Source: Bacillota bacterium
GTDB taxonomy: Bacteria; Bacillota; Clostridia; Acetivibrionales; DTU013
Reading direction: 5' to 3'
Assembly (NCBI GenBank): GCA_023411715.1
Contig: JAEYOM010000123.1
Location: 20,225-84,224, forward strand
Length of the DNA stretch: 64,000 bases
The notes beneath the pieces were generated by a model, which did no database searches, was not told where the DNA came from, and saw only the letters and a program-made list of their open reading frames with translations. Below are positions 1 through 11,501 of this stretch, one piece after another. Every line of letters starts with the position of its first letter. Within the stretch, counting starts at the first letter, position 1. Position numbers and translations under genes: made by a program.

Positions 1-759
1 GATGACATTGCCCAAAGCCTTTGCCTCCTCTATTATTCCCTTCATGCGGCTTTCAAACTGCCCTCTGAACTGGGTCCCGGCTACGATCCCCGTCATATCG
101 AGCAGGTAGATCTCCGCATTGAACAGCTTTGCAGGTACCTGGCGCTTCGCTATCCTGACTGCGAGCCCTTCGGCAATGGCAGTCTTTCCTACACCCGGTT
201 CACCGATAAGCACCGGATTGTTCTTGGTCCTTCTGTTCAGTATCTGCACGACCCTGTCTATCTCGCGCTGTCTTCCGATGACCCTGTCTATTTTATCCTC
301 TTTGGCCAGATCGGTCAGATTCGTACCGTACATATCGAGATATTTCTTCTTTTTCAGGCTTTTCTTTTCCTGCGTCTTGACGCGGGTGCCGTTTTTATTG
401 TCCTTGTCGTCTGAAAGATCCTTGGGTTCGCCGTTTTCACCCGTTTCTTCGTTTTTAGGGAATACGTGGTTCAGAAAATTGAATATTGGATTGGCCTTAT
501 TCCCGTTTGGGGGTTCGATACCCGCAAGCCCGTTGTTTCCATGATCCATATCGATATTGTCAAACAGGCCGCTCATCTGTTTATTTATATTATCAATATC
601 CTCATCGGACATACCAGTCTGCTCTATCAACTGGTTGACAGGCTGTATACCCTGCTTTTTCGCGCATGACAAGCAAAGACCTTCCTGTATCTGCTTTCCG
701 TCAACGATTTTCGTAACAAATACCACTGCATAATTTTCCTTGCAAACTGAACACATCAT
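1..759 (-). CDS. Clp/Hsp100-family AAA+ chaperone ATPase, N-terminal part (3' end runs off the left window edge)
   Basis: Reverse translation from the ATG at 757-759 gives [37 protein letters not shown] (CxxC...CxxC head). It continues to ...[47 protein letters not shown], the Walker A of the first ClpA/B/C-type AAA+ module. It is absent from the ORF track because it is truncated by the edge. Confidence 0.8.
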   Translation of the reverse strand, partial: MMCSVCKENYAVVFVTKIVDGKQIQEGLCLSCAKKQGIQPVNQLIEQTGMSDEDIDNINKQMSGLFDNIDMDHGNNGLAGIEPPNGNKANPIFNFLNHVFPKNEETGENGEPKDLSDDKDNKNGTRVKTQEKKSLKKKKYLDMYGTNLTDLAKEDKIDRVIGRQREIDRVVQILNRRTKNNPVLIGEPGVGKTAIAEGLAVRIAKRQVPAKLFNAEIYLLDMTGIVAGTQFRGQFESRMKGIIEEAKALGNVI

Positions 760-1054
760 CACAGTAATCAACTCCTTTCGCTCCTGCTGCTGTCTGTGCA
801 CGGTCAAACCATAAGAGGCCTGACACCTCATATATCAATCTATTATACGCTACATCCTTATCTTATGACTGCTGCACCCTGCTGATTAGATAAGTATAAC
901 ACAATCCGGCAGCCAAGGTCTACTTGAAAGATGAACCTTTTTGTCTCTATCGCAAAGTAAATTTTGTAACCGATTGAGACGCTGTGGAATATATTTATAC
1001 TAGCGAATAACAAATAACAAACTATTATGTTAATTACATGAGGAGGTGTTTGGA

Positions 1055-1177
1055 ATGGCAGACAGAGGAGGTTTCCTCGGCGGCTTTTGCGGCGATAATT
1101 GCGCCATTTTGTTCTTTATACTCGTATTTCTGATTTTGTTCGTGTGCCCGGTTGGCATATTTGCGGATCCCAAGTAA
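1055..1177 (+). CDS. tiny hydrophobic membrane peptide (40 aa), YjcZ/tiny-TM-like
   Basis: GAGGAGG lies 8 nt upstream of the ATG at 1055. Translation is MADRGGFLGGFCGDNCAILFFILVFLILFVCPVGIFADPK*: a Gly-rich head then one hydrophobic helix. A hairpin plus T-run follows. It is below the 60-aa cutoff of the ORF track. Confidence 0.45.
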   Translation: MADRGGFLGGFCGDNCAILFFILVFLILFVCPVGIFADPK

Positions 1178-1211
1178 ACGGAGGACATACACAGAACAAG
1201 TCAGTGATCCA

Positions 1212-1250
1212 AGTGAGCCAGGGATGCGTCCTTGACTCACTCGATTTTTT
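1212..1250 (+). terminator. rho-independent terminator after the 40-aa ORF
   Basis: AGTGAGCCAGGGA (1212-1224) pairs with TCCTTGACTCACT (1229-1241): 13 bp with one mismatch and one GU. A T6 run follows at 1245-1250. Confidence 0.6.
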
Positions 1251-1359
1251 GGAGATTGAGTTAAGGGACTGCTCTGCAACTCATCTGAAAAAACGAATTG
1301 TGGAACAGTCCCCTTACTTACTGTCTCCTGCTTCCTTTGATTCTTAAAGTTTACATATT

Positions 1360-4281
1360 TCAAGCCTGTTTCCTTTTAAGTTCATGTTCGGATCCGCTAT
1401 CGGGCTCCTGTACGGACTTTTTATTAAGCCGCTGTCCGGACTTTTTTTCAGGTTTGTTTTTCAATATTTTTTTAAGGAACTGCCCCGTATAGGATTCCGG
1501 TACGGTAGCCACCTCTTCCGGCGTACCGCTTGCGACTACCGTCCCTCCCTTGCCTCCGCCTTCCGGGCCCAGGTCGATCACGTAGTCTGCCGTTTTTATC
1601 ACGTCGAGATTGTGCTCGATAACCACAACCGAATTACCGGCGTCAACAAGGCGGTGCAGTATATCTACAAGCCTGTGAACATCCGCTATATGGAGTCCCG
1701 TCGTCGGCTCGTCCAATATATAAAGCGTCCTTCCGGTAGCCCTCTTTGACAGCTCGGTAGCAAGCTTGATACGTTGTGCTTCGCCGCCGGACAGTGTTGT
1801 CGACGGCTGTCCGACCTTGATATATCCCAGGCCTACGTCATATAAGGTTTCAATCTTTCTCTGTATGCGTGGGATGTTCCTGAAAAATTCAAGAGCATCT
1901 TCTACAGTCATGTCGAGCACTTCCGAGATATTCTTCCCCTTGTATTTCACATCGAGCGTTTCGCGGTTATAGCGCTTTCCCTTGCATACTTCGCATGGTA
2001 CGTATACATCAGGCAAAAAATGCATCTCTATTTTTATTATACCATCGCCGCCGCACGCCTCACAGCGCCCGCCCTTGACATTGAAGCTGAACCTTCCGGA
2101 TTTGAAGCCCCTCATTTTTGCTTCCGTCGTTTCGGCAAACACCTCGCGGATCAGGTCGAACACTCCCGTATAGGTTGCAGGGTTGGAGCGCGGTGTCCTG
2201 CCGATCGGTGATTGGTCGATATCGATCACCTTGTCGAGGTGTTCTATCCCCAGGATGGCATCATGTTCCCCTGCTCTTGTCCTGGCACCGTTCAGCTCCG
2301 ATGCCAGCTTCTTGTACAGTATCTCGTTTATGAGCGAGCTCTTGCCTGAACCCGAAACGCCTGTAACAGCTGTAAAAACACCAAGTGGTATGTTAACATT
2401 TATATTTTTAAGATTGTTTTCACGCGCGCCTGCGATCTTTATCCACTTACCGTTCGGCTTGCGCCTTTTTTCAGGTATCTCTATCCGCTTTTTACCGCTC
2501 AGATACAGACCTGTCTGTGAATTCTCATTGTTCTTGATATCGTCTATCGTTCCCTCAGCCACCACATATCCGCCGTGGATGCCCGGACCGGGTCCCATAT
2601 CTATGATATGGTCGGCTGCGTACATGGTATCCTCGTCATGCTCTACAACGATCAGCGTATTTCCCAGATCCCTGAGCCTTGCGAGCGTCTTCAGCAGCCT
2701 GTCGTTATCGCGCTGGTGAAGCCCTATGCTTGGTTCGTCCAGTATATAAAGAACGCCCATGAGCCCCGAACCGATCTGGGTCGCGAGCCTGATACGCTGC
2801 GCTTCTCCTCCCGAAAGCGTACCGGAAGACCTTGACAATGTAAGATAATCCAGACCAACATCTACAAGAAACCCTACCCTTGCATTGATCTCTTTCAATA
2901 TCTGGTGAGATATAATGGTATCTCTTTCGGAAAGTTTGAGGCCTGCAAAGAAATCCTTTATATCATTTATGGGAAGGCAGGTGAGCTCATTTATGTTTTT
3001 CTCTCCCACAGTTACAGCAAGAGTCTCCTTCTTAAGCCTCGCTCCGTGGCAGTCGGGACACGGATTGCTGCTCATGAATTCCTCATAATACTGCTTCATG
3101 CCGTCAGACTGCGTTTCCTTGTAGCGGCGTTCCATACTGTTGATAACGCCTTCAAAAGCTGCTGTGAACGTACCGCTGCCGTATTCCTTTTCATATGCTA
3201 TCTTGATCTTTTCGCCTTTTGTTCCATATAAAATAATATCGATTATATTCTCAGGCAATTTGTTGACAGGAGTCGATATCTTGAAGCCGTAATACTTTGC
3301 AAGCGCATTTAGGTACATCCTGGAGTAGCTGTCGCCATTCTCGAAATTCCAGCCTCCGACCTTGATGGCGCCTTCCTCAAGGGATTTACTACGGTCAGGT
3401 ATGATAAGGTCCGGATCCATTTTCATGAGAGTTCCGAGGCCGCTGCAGGTCGGGCATGCTCCGTAAGGGTTGTTGAAGGAAAACATTCTGGGCGTAAGCT
3501 CTTCTATGCTTATCCCGCAGTCGCTGCATGCAAAATTCTGGCTAAACAGCAATTCCTGTCCGTCTATCACATCAACTATCAGTATCCCGCCGCTCAGATG
3601 CAGCGAGGTTTCTACGGAGTCGGCCAGGCGCTTCATTATCTCAGGTTTCACTACCAGCCTGTCCACGACTATTTCAAGAGTATGCTTCCTGTTTTTATCC
3701 ATATTGATTTCTTCATTGATATCGCGTACTTCGCCGTCGACTCGGATCCTGACATAACCGTTTTTTCTGGCGTCTTCTATCAGCTTGTGATATTCGCCCT
3801 TCCTGCCTCTGACTACCGGAGCAAGCAGCTGAATTTTTGTACCCTCGTCGAGCGCCATTATGGAATCGACCATCTGGTCCACAGTCTGCTGCGATATCTC
3901 CTTGCCGCAGACTGGGCAGTGCGGTATGCCAACGCGGGCGTAAAGCAGCCTCAGGTAATCATAAATTTCAGTTACGGTCCCGACTGTAGATCTGGGATTC
4001 CTGCTGGTAGTTTTCTGATCTATCGATATTGCAGGCGATAACCCGCTTATATAGTCAACTTCGGGCTTTTCCATCTGTCCGAGGAATTGTCTGGCATATG
4101 CGGAAAGCGACTCGACATAACGACGCTGACCTTCCGCGTAGATAGTGTCAAATGCCAGCGAAGATTTGCCCGAGCCGCTCAGCCCTGTGATCACGACAAA
4201 TTTGTCCCTTGGTATCTCAATGTCGATATTTTTGAGATTGTGCTCTCTTGCTCCCTTTATGGAGATACTGTTCCTGTTCAT
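1360..4281 (-). CDS. uvrA: excinuclease ABC subunit A
   Basis: 973-aa ORF. N-terminus is [55 protein letters not shown]. It has two ABC ATPase modules (second P-loop [10 protein letters not shown]), LSGGEAQR signature motifs and Cys-cluster zinc modules. Confidence 0.98.
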   Translation of the reverse strand: MNRNSISIKGAREHNLKNIDIEIPRDKFVVITGLSGSGKSSLAFDTIYAEGQRRYVESLSAYARQFLGQMEKPEVDYISGLSPAISIDQKTTSRNPRSTVGTVTEIYDYLRLLYARVGIPHCPVCGKEISQQTVDQMVDSIMALDEGTKIQLLAPVVRGRKGEYHKLIEDARKNGYVRIRVDGEVRDINEEINMDKNRKHTLEIVVDRLVVKPEIMKRLADSVETSLHLSGGILIVDVIDGQELLFSQNFACSDCGISIEELTPRMFSFNNPYGACPTCSGLGTLMKMDPDLIIPDRSKSLEEGAIKVGGWNFENGDSYSRMYLNALAKYYGFKISTPVNKLPENIIDIILYGTKGEKIKIAYEKEYGSGTFTAAFEGVINSMERRYKETQSDGMKQYYEEFMSSNPCPDCHGARLKKETLAVTVGEKNINELTCLPINDIKDFFAGLKLSERDTIISHQILKEINARVGFLVDVGLDYLTLSRSSGTLSGGEAQRIRLATQIGSGLMGVLYILDEPSIGLHQRDNDRLLKTLARLRDLGNTLIVVEHDEDTMYAADHIIDMGPGPGIHGGYVVAEGTIDDIKNNENSQTGLYLSGKKRIEIPEKRRKPNGKWIKIAGARENNLKNINVNIPLGVFTAVTGVSGSGKSSLINEILYKKLASELNGARTRAGEHDAILGIEHLDKVIDIDQSPIGRTPRSNPATYTGVFDLIREVFAETTEAKMRGFKSGRFSFNVKGGRCEACGGDGIIKIEMHFLPDVYVPCEVCKGKRYNRETLDVKYKGKNISEVLDMTVEDALEFFRNIPRIQRKIETLYDVGLGYIKVGQPSTTLSGGEAQRIKLATELSKRATGRTLYILDEPTTGLHIADVHRLVDILHRLVDAGNSVVVIEHNLDVIKTADYVIDLGPEGGGKGGTVVASGTPEEVATVPESYTGQFLKKILKNKPEKKSGQRLNKKSVQEPDSGSEHELKRKQA

Positions 4282-4487
4282 TTGTTAACACCTGTCCCCT
4301 GTATATACTGCCTGATGCCAAGCACAGCTTTAGCGTCAAAAAAGGTACACCTGGACGCGGACGGGATTGCTTCTGACCGGGTAAGGTGTGTCCCATTTAG
4401 CTTTAGCACCAAAAAGGGACATATCTTGGCACAGACCTTTGCAAGATGTGTCCCTTCACATATTATACACAACGGCATATCAAAATG

Positions 4488-4501
4488 CAAACACTTGTTC
4501 G
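4488..4501 (-). promoter_or_regulatory. putative LexA (SOS) operator overlapping the uvrA promoter
   Basis: The minus strand reads CGAACAAGTGTTTG, a GAAC-N4-GTTT box of the clostridial/Bacillus Cheo type. It overlaps a TTTGCA -35 that sits 18 nt from a minus-strand TATAAT at about 4461-4466, roughly 200 nt upstream of the uvrA start. Confidence 0.6.
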
Positions 4502-4516
4502 ATATTTTTTTCAAAT

Positions 4517-5701
4517 TCAGTGCAGATGCTTCTTTATCAAGCCTGCCAATACTTTGATCCCCTCCGTGATCTTTTCCTCCGGCATATTTGAAAAGTTCAA
4601 TCTCATGGTATTTTTACCCCCGCCGTTCGGGAAGAAAGATTCTCCGGGCACAAAGGCCACATTGCTGTCAAGGCTCTCTGCGAGAAGCTCCCTCGTATTT
4701 ATATCGCCCTTGAGTTCGACCCATGTGAACAGTCCGCCTTCAGGATGAGTAAAACGGGTGCCTTCCGGGAATTCGGAAAGTATCGCCTCATGCATGGCGT
4801 CACGCCTGCCTTTATATACCTGCCTTATCCTGTCGATATCCTCGTCGAGGTCGAACAAATCCATGTATGCGGAAATATTGCGCTGAGTGATATTGGATGA
4901 ATGAAGGTCGGCGCCCTGCTTTACAAGTACATATTTCTCCAGTATTTTTTCGTCGGCGGCCACCCAGCCGATTCTCATACCCGGACAGAAAACCTTTGAA
5001 AAGGTACCCAGATATATGACGAAACCTTCCGTATCGAGAGATTTGAGGGAAGGCATAGTTATTCCGTCAAAGCGGAGCTCACTGTATGGAGCGTCCTCCA
5101 GCACGGGTATATTGCGCCCCTTAAGCAGTTCCATGAACCTTTCTCTGCGTACGGCAGACCATGTCCGTCCGCTTGGGTTCTGGAAATCCGGTATTGTGTA
5201 GATCAGCTTTATGTTTCTTTCCGTGTCAAGGATACGTTCAAGCTGTTCAGGCAGCATACCGTCGTCGTCGGTAGGCACCTCCAGCATTTTTGGGCTGTAT
5301 GCGTTGAAAGCATTTATCGCGCCAAGGTATGTCGGACTTTCACAGAGTATCGTATCACCCTCGTTTATGAATATTTTTCCCGTAAAGTCAAGGCCCTGCT
5401 GGGAGCCGCAGGTCACAAGGATGTTGTTTTCAGAAAGGCCCGTACCGAACCTGCGGTTCATTCTTTCGGCGATCTTGCGGCGCAGCGGCGTATAGCCCTC
5501 CGTAGCCGCATACTGCAGAGCGTCCGCACCGGATGCTTCGAGCACCCTGACCGTTACCTCCTTGAGCCTTTCTACGGGAAAAAGCTCCGGAGCCGGCAGG
5601 CCTCCCGCAAATGAGATCATTCCGGGTCTGTCCGTCAATTTAAGCAATTCTCTAATATCGGAAGCTTTCACGTTGTCCATTCGTCTGGCCAATTCAAACA
5701 T
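4517..5701 (-). CDS. PLP-dependent aminotransferase, class I/II (2-aminoadipate/aromatic aminotransferase-like)
   Basis: Motifs seen include ...LQYAATEGYTPLRRKIAE..., ...IYTIPDFQNPSG..., ...LGTFSKVFCPGMRIGW... (PLP-lysine SK motif) and ...MRLNFS.... The probable start is MFELARRMD at 5701; the ORF is open to 5719. Confidence 0.85.
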   Translation of the reverse strand: MFELARRMDNVKASDIRELLKLTDRPGMISFAGGLPAPELFPVERLKEVTVRVLEASGADALQYAATEGYTPLRRKIAERMNRRFGTGLSENNILVTCGSQQGLDFTGKIFINEGDTILCESPTYLGAINAFNAYSPKMLEVPTDDDGMLPEQLERILDTERNIKLIYTIPDFQNPSGRTWSAVRRERFMELLKGRNIPVLEDAPYSELRFDGITMPSLKSLDTEGFVIYLGTFSKVFCPGMRIGWVAADEKILEKYVLVKQGADLHSSNITQRNISAYMDLFDLDEDIDRIRQVYKGRRDAMHEAILSEFPEGTRFTHPEGGLFTWVELKGDINTRELLAESLDSNVAFVPGESFFPNGGGKNTMRLNFSNMPEEKITEGIKVLAGLIKKHLH

Positions 5702-5773
5702 ATTAACACCTCGCCTCATATTTATCCGGTTTATAGATATATTTATCCTATCCGGTTTATGGATAAGATTTAT

Positions 5774-7306
5774 CTAGATTATAGGCCCGAGCTCATTAAT
5801 GACGCTCCTGCCGTATTTTTTTTGTTCCCCGCTTATATCCCGATATGCCGCGGCAAGCCTTTTTACGCCTTCCCTGATCTGCGCGGGAGCAGGGTATGTA
5901 AAATTGAGTCTTATGTAATTGCCCGAAGGACTGCCGGGAAAAAATACGTTTCCCGGAACGAATGAAACGCCTTTTTCCATTGAATTTGCAAGAAGCCTGG
6001 TCTGCAGCATTCTTTCGGGAAGCCTGCACCACAGGTACAGACCGCCTTCAGGCCTGTTCCACCTCAACCCTTCAAGGTCCGCGCTTACCAGTTCCGAAAT
6101 CATAAGATCCCTGCGGCTTCTGTTTTCACAGTTTGCCTTTTCGATATGCTCCTTCAGCAGCCCCTCTCGCAGGAAGCGATCGATTATTAGCTGCGGAAGG
6201 CTGCTCGTATGCAGATCGGCCACCTGCTTGAGCATGGTAAGGCGGTACAATACCTGCGGCGGCGCCGTTATCCAGCCTACCCTGAATCCGGGAAACAGCA
6301 GCTTCGAAAAAGTGCTGAGATACAGCACATTACCGTAACCGTCCAATGCTTTCAGGGCAGGCAGGGCATTACCTTCATACCGCAGCATGCCGTAGGGGTC
6401 ATCCTCCAGGATTATAAGCTGGTTCCTTAAAGCCGCCGACAGCAGCTGCTTTCGCCTTTCCAGGCTCATTACCGCACCCGATGGATTCTGAAAATCCGGT
6501 ATTGTATATATCAGTTTCGGCTTGAACCTTTTGATGAGCATATCCAGCAGATCGGTGCGCATCCCGTCCTTATCGGTCGGGATTCCGATAACCCGCGCTC
6601 CAGCAGCTTTAAATATATGTACGGCGCTGAAAAAGGTCGGTTCTTCCGCCAGCACAACGTCGCCGGCGTCGATAAATGCTCTTGCCACAAGGTCGAGACC
6701 CTGCTGTGAACCTGTCAGTATCATTGTATCCGCTGCGTTTGCCTGTATCCCGCGGCCCCGCATAAGCTCACAGACACTTTCCCTCAAAGACGGGTATCCT
6801 TCAGTTGGTGTATGCTGGACCGCAACAATGCCATGACTCTTCAGCACCTCCGACTGTATGCGCCCCAGTGCTTCAAGCGAGTCCGGCCCCGGAACGGTCA
6901 CACCGGCCGCGAACAATATCGTATCCCTCCGGGCTGCCCCGAGAAGATCCCGCACCGTAGTATCCTGAATACGCATGGAACTTTCGCTGAAAAGCTGCTC
7001 CCACGGCATCGGCGGCATAGCGGCGCTGCTTCTGTCAGCGCTCTCCAAAACCGAATTTTCCGGGATCCGGCTCTGTGTTACAGTCGTTCCCTGGCCGATA
7101 TGCGAATCGACAAACCCGCCGGCTTTCAGTTCCCTGTACGCGTTAAGCACCGTAGTCCTGTTCACCTGGAGTTCTTCCGCCAGCTTTCTCTCCGGAGGCA
7201 GCCTGCTACCTGCGGGCAGAGAACCCGACAGGATGAGCTCCCTGATACTCAGGCTTATTTGCAGATACATCGGCGTTTTGCTTTCTCTGTCGATACTGAT
7301 TTGCAT
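5774..7306 (-). CDS. MocR/GabR-type transcriptional regulator (GntR wHTH fused to an aminotransferase-like domain)
   Basis: The N-terminal GntR helix-turn-helix is ...LPPERKLAEELQVNRTTVLNAYRELKAGGFV.... A fold-type-I aminotransferase domain follows (...IYTIPDFQNPSG..., ...LSTFSKLLFPGFRVGW...). The probable start is MQISIDRE at 7306; the ORF is open to 7345. Confidence 0.9.
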   Translation of the reverse strand: MQISIDRESKTPMYLQISLSIRELILSGSLPAGSRLPPERKLAEELQVNRTTVLNAYRELKAGGFVDSHIGQGTTVTQSRIPENSVLESADRSSAAMPPMPWEQLFSESSMRIQDTTVRDLLGAARRDTILFAAGVTVPGPDSLEALGRIQSEVLKSHGIVAVQHTPTEGYPSLRESVCELMRGRGIQANAADTMILTGSQQGLDLVARAFIDAGDVVLAEEPTFFSAVHIFKAAGARVIGIPTDKDGMRTDLLDMLIKRFKPKLIYTIPDFQNPSGAVMSLERRKQLLSAALRNQLIILEDDPYGMLRYEGNALPALKALDGYGNVLYLSTFSKLLFPGFRVGWITAPPQVLYRLTMLKQVADLHTSSLPQLIIDRFLREGLLKEHIEKANCENRSRRDLMISELVSADLEGLRWNRPEGGLYLWCRLPERMLQTRLLANSMEKGVSFVPGNVFFPGSPSGNYIRLNFTYPAPAQIREGVKRLAAAYRDISGEQKKYGRSVINELGPII

Positions 7307-7335
7307 AACAATCGGGCCTCTTTTCGATAATATGG

Positions 7336-7410
7336 TACCATCCAATTATAATTATACTGTATGAACAAGAGGAATAAACAACCAATTTGACAATATTGAT
7401 ACCATCCAAT
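7336..7410 (-). promoter_or_regulatory. direct repeat TACCATCCAAT x2, candidate MocR operator
   Basis: Identical 11-mers occur at 7336-7346 and 7400-7410, 64 bp start to start, just upstream of the regulator gene. B. subtilis GabR is known to bind ATACCA direct repeats. Confidence 0.4.
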
Positions 7411-7560
7411 ATGAAACTCCTATTTTTTTTGGCAAAAAAAATGCCACCGTAAAGGCAGTCCGTCGCAAAACAGTATTAAGTTAGATATGGAAGAATGGCA
7501 CAGCGTATAAACTTTGTCATTCTCTCGTCTACATTTTTGATACTTTCGGAAGGGTTATGA

Positions 7561-7589
7561 TTGTCTGGTAAAAAAATATGTTGTATAAT
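7561..7589 (+). promoter_or_regulatory. candidate sigma-A promoter of the Fic gene
   Basis: TTGTCT (7561-7566), then 17 nt, then TATAAT (7584-7589), about 105 nt upstream of the ATG. Confidence 0.35.
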
Positions 7590-7694
7590 ATTACCAATGA
7601 TGATGATTTGCAATATTTCCATCTCAATGTAAGCAGAATAGCAAGGGTAAATCCTGATATCTAAGCTGTAATTCATGAGGATAGGGGTAGAAAA

Positions 7695-9164
7695 ATGCAA
7701 AACAAAAGTATTTGGAGCCCAATGGAGTTTGACCCAAAATGGGACGATGTAAAAACGGATAAATTTGATAATATCTACCCATCCTGGGAAAAAAGACGTA
7801 AAGAACTGGATAAGCATCCAGAGCAATATAAGCGTTTTATTGATCAGTTAAAAAGAAAACAAGCTATTGATACCGGTATTATCGAAAGAATGTACGACCT
7901 GAAAAAAGGTGTAACAGAAACTTTCATAAAAGAAGGGTTTGTAGATTCATACCTCCAGCATGGAGATACGGATATTGCCCCAAGTTTGCTTATGGATTAC
8001 CTTCGGGATAATTTTGATGCTATTGATTTTATATTCGATTTTGTAAAAAATGACCGGCAATTGAGTGTTAGTTACATTAAAGAACTTCATAGTTTGATTA
8101 CTCAGCATCAGGATTCAACAGATGCAATTGACCAGTTTGGCAATCGTATCAAAGTGACTTTGCTTAAAGGACAATTTAAACAGTACCCCAATAATCCCAT
8201 GAGAGATGGCGTAATTTATAACTATTGTCCACCTGAACAGGTTGACGCTGAAATGGATAATTTAGTTGATATATTTAATAAAAAGCTTAAGAATTCGCAT
8301 GTTTTAATTAAAGCAGCTTTCCTTCATCATGCTTTTGTTCAAATACATCCGTTTCAGGACGGGAATGGACGTATTGCTCGCTTATTAGCAAGCTTTGTCC
8401 TTATAAAGGAAGGTCTCTTTCCACTTTCAATTGATCGTGATGATAGAACAAAATATATTGGCGCCTTGGAAAGCGCTGATATTCATGTTTATCAACCCAT
8501 AATCGACGTCTTTGCCAATAATCAAATTGCTTCAATAGAGCGATCGCTCAATTGGAAAACCGTTGAAGACACAACAGGGTATGATAATATGCTGGATATG
8601 CTGAGTAAAAAGCTATCTGATTATCGAGCTGAAGCGGCAGAACAGCAAAATAGGCGTATACTCAGCAATATGCTAAAGATTTTTGAAATAATAAAACTTC
8701 AAATTAGGCATTTCCAGGATAATTTAACTCAAAAACTGAACGCAAAAATTGATATCAATTTTTGTGCTCCAAACGAGCCCCAGTCTTACTACTACGCAAG
8801 ACAAATCATTGATTACGCTAACAAATTTGATTATTATGTGAATTTGTCCTTGAATAAATGTTGGGGACGAATGTTTATTGAAATTGACGATACGAAAAAA
8901 TACCGTCTGATATTATCTCTTCACCATTATGGCTATGACAGCAGCACTTTTGCCATCGGTGCATTTCTCTCTAAAGCAATCTTAGAGGGAGCAGAAAACC
9001 AAGCGGAAGGAGAAGTTCATAGGGAGTATATGGATATCCCGCTAGGCATCCCTCCCCTTACAATGTCTTCCGAAAAGGAAGTTACAGAATTAGCCCCATC
9101 TATTCGTCAGGAGATAGAAGCATCTGTTATGGCCGTCCTTGCTTTTATTGCAAATGAGCTTTAA
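7695..9164 (+). CDS. Fic/DOC family protein (AMPylase-type fold) with a roughly 250-aa uncharacterised C-terminal region
   Basis: HPFQDGNGRIARLL matches the canonical Fic motif HxFx(D/E)GNGRxxR. The 489-aa ORF lies in a visibly AT-rich segment. Confidence 0.9.
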   Translation: MQNKSIWSPMEFDPKWDDVKTDKFDNIYPSWEKRRKELDKHPEQYKRFIDQLKRKQAIDTGIIERMYDLKKGVTETFIKEGFVDSYLQHGDTDIAPSLLMDYLRDNFDAIDFIFDFVKNDRQLSVSYIKELHSLITQHQDSTDAIDQFGNRIKVTLLKGQFKQYPNNPMRDGVIYNYCPPEQVDAEMDNLVDIFNKKLKNSHVLIKAAFLHHAFVQIHPFQDGNGRIARLLASFVLIKEGLFPLSIDRDDRTKYIGALESADIHVYQPIIDVFANNQIASIERSLNWKTVEDTTGYDNMLDMLSKKLSDYRAEAAEQQNRRILSNMLKIFEIIKLQIRHFQDNLTQKLNAKIDINFCAPNEPQSYYYARQIIDYANKFDYYVNLSLNKCWGRMFIEIDDTKKYRLILSLHHYGYDSSTFAIGAFLSKAILEGAENQAEGEVHREYMDIPLGIPPLTMSSEKEVTELAPSIRQEIEASVMAVLAFIANEL

Positions 9165-9216
9165 CAGAAGCAGTACGCTTGCAACGAGGCATCATATACT
9201 TCCATGAAGTATATGG

Positions 9217-9264
9217 CCCACAAAACACTTTCCGCTTCACGGCGAAGTGTCTCGTGGGTTCTTT
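9217..9264. terminator. compound hairpin between the convergent fic and uvrB 3' ends
   Basis: CCCAC..ACACTT..CGC pairs with GCG..AAGTGT..GTGGG and is followed by TTCTTTG on the plus strand. A second perfect 10-bp hairpin lies at 9193-9215 (CATATACTTC/GAAGTATATG). Confidence 0.45.
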
Positions 9265-9272
9265 GAGTGAAC

Positions 9273-11255
<1,983 letters not shown>

Positions 11256-11372
11256 ATTACCTCCACTGCCCCTGTTCCTGCCAGGTCAGACTTACACTGC
11301 AACTGATGTCTGTGGGGAGCTGTTCCCTGACTTTTATTCCGCTTCATATTATAACATACTCCCCCGAAAAAT

Positions 11373-11386
11373 CAAACAGATGTTCG
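11373..11386 (-). promoter_or_regulatory. putative LexA (SOS) operator upstream of uvrB
   Basis: The minus strand reads CGAACATCTGTTTG (GAAC-N4-GTTT). It lies immediately upstream of, and overlaps, a -35-like element that is followed by a minus-strand TATAAT at about 11349-11354. Confidence 0.6.
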
Positions 11387-11438
11387 CACTTTATATCGGG
11401 AATGCAGCAAAACTCATATACACAAAACCAATTTTTCA

Positions 11439-11468
11439 TTGACAGGACCTTTTATATGATGTGATAAT
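11439..11468 (+). promoter_or_regulatory. sigma-A-type promoter of the aspartate kinase gene
   Basis: TTGACA (11439-11444), then 18 nt, then GATAAT (11463-11468). The leader is short, about 30 nt, which leaves no room for a riboswitch. Confidence 0.55.
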
Positions 11469-11501
11469 AATATGATATAAAGAGATCTGGGGGATTGAGG
11501 T

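Noticed and set aside
7476-7826. 116-aa minus-strand ORF overlapping the Fic start, considered as an antitoxin.
   Set aside because: It runs antisense across the fic promoter and start, has an implausible hydrophobic, aromatic-rich translation and no RBS. Fic antitoxins are normally co-directional small upstream genes.
11256-11501. Lysine riboswitch or T-box upstream of the aspartate kinase gene.
   Set aside because: The best promoter (TTGACA-18-GATAAT) leaves only about 30 nt of leader, and no conserved riboswitch or T-box elements were seen.
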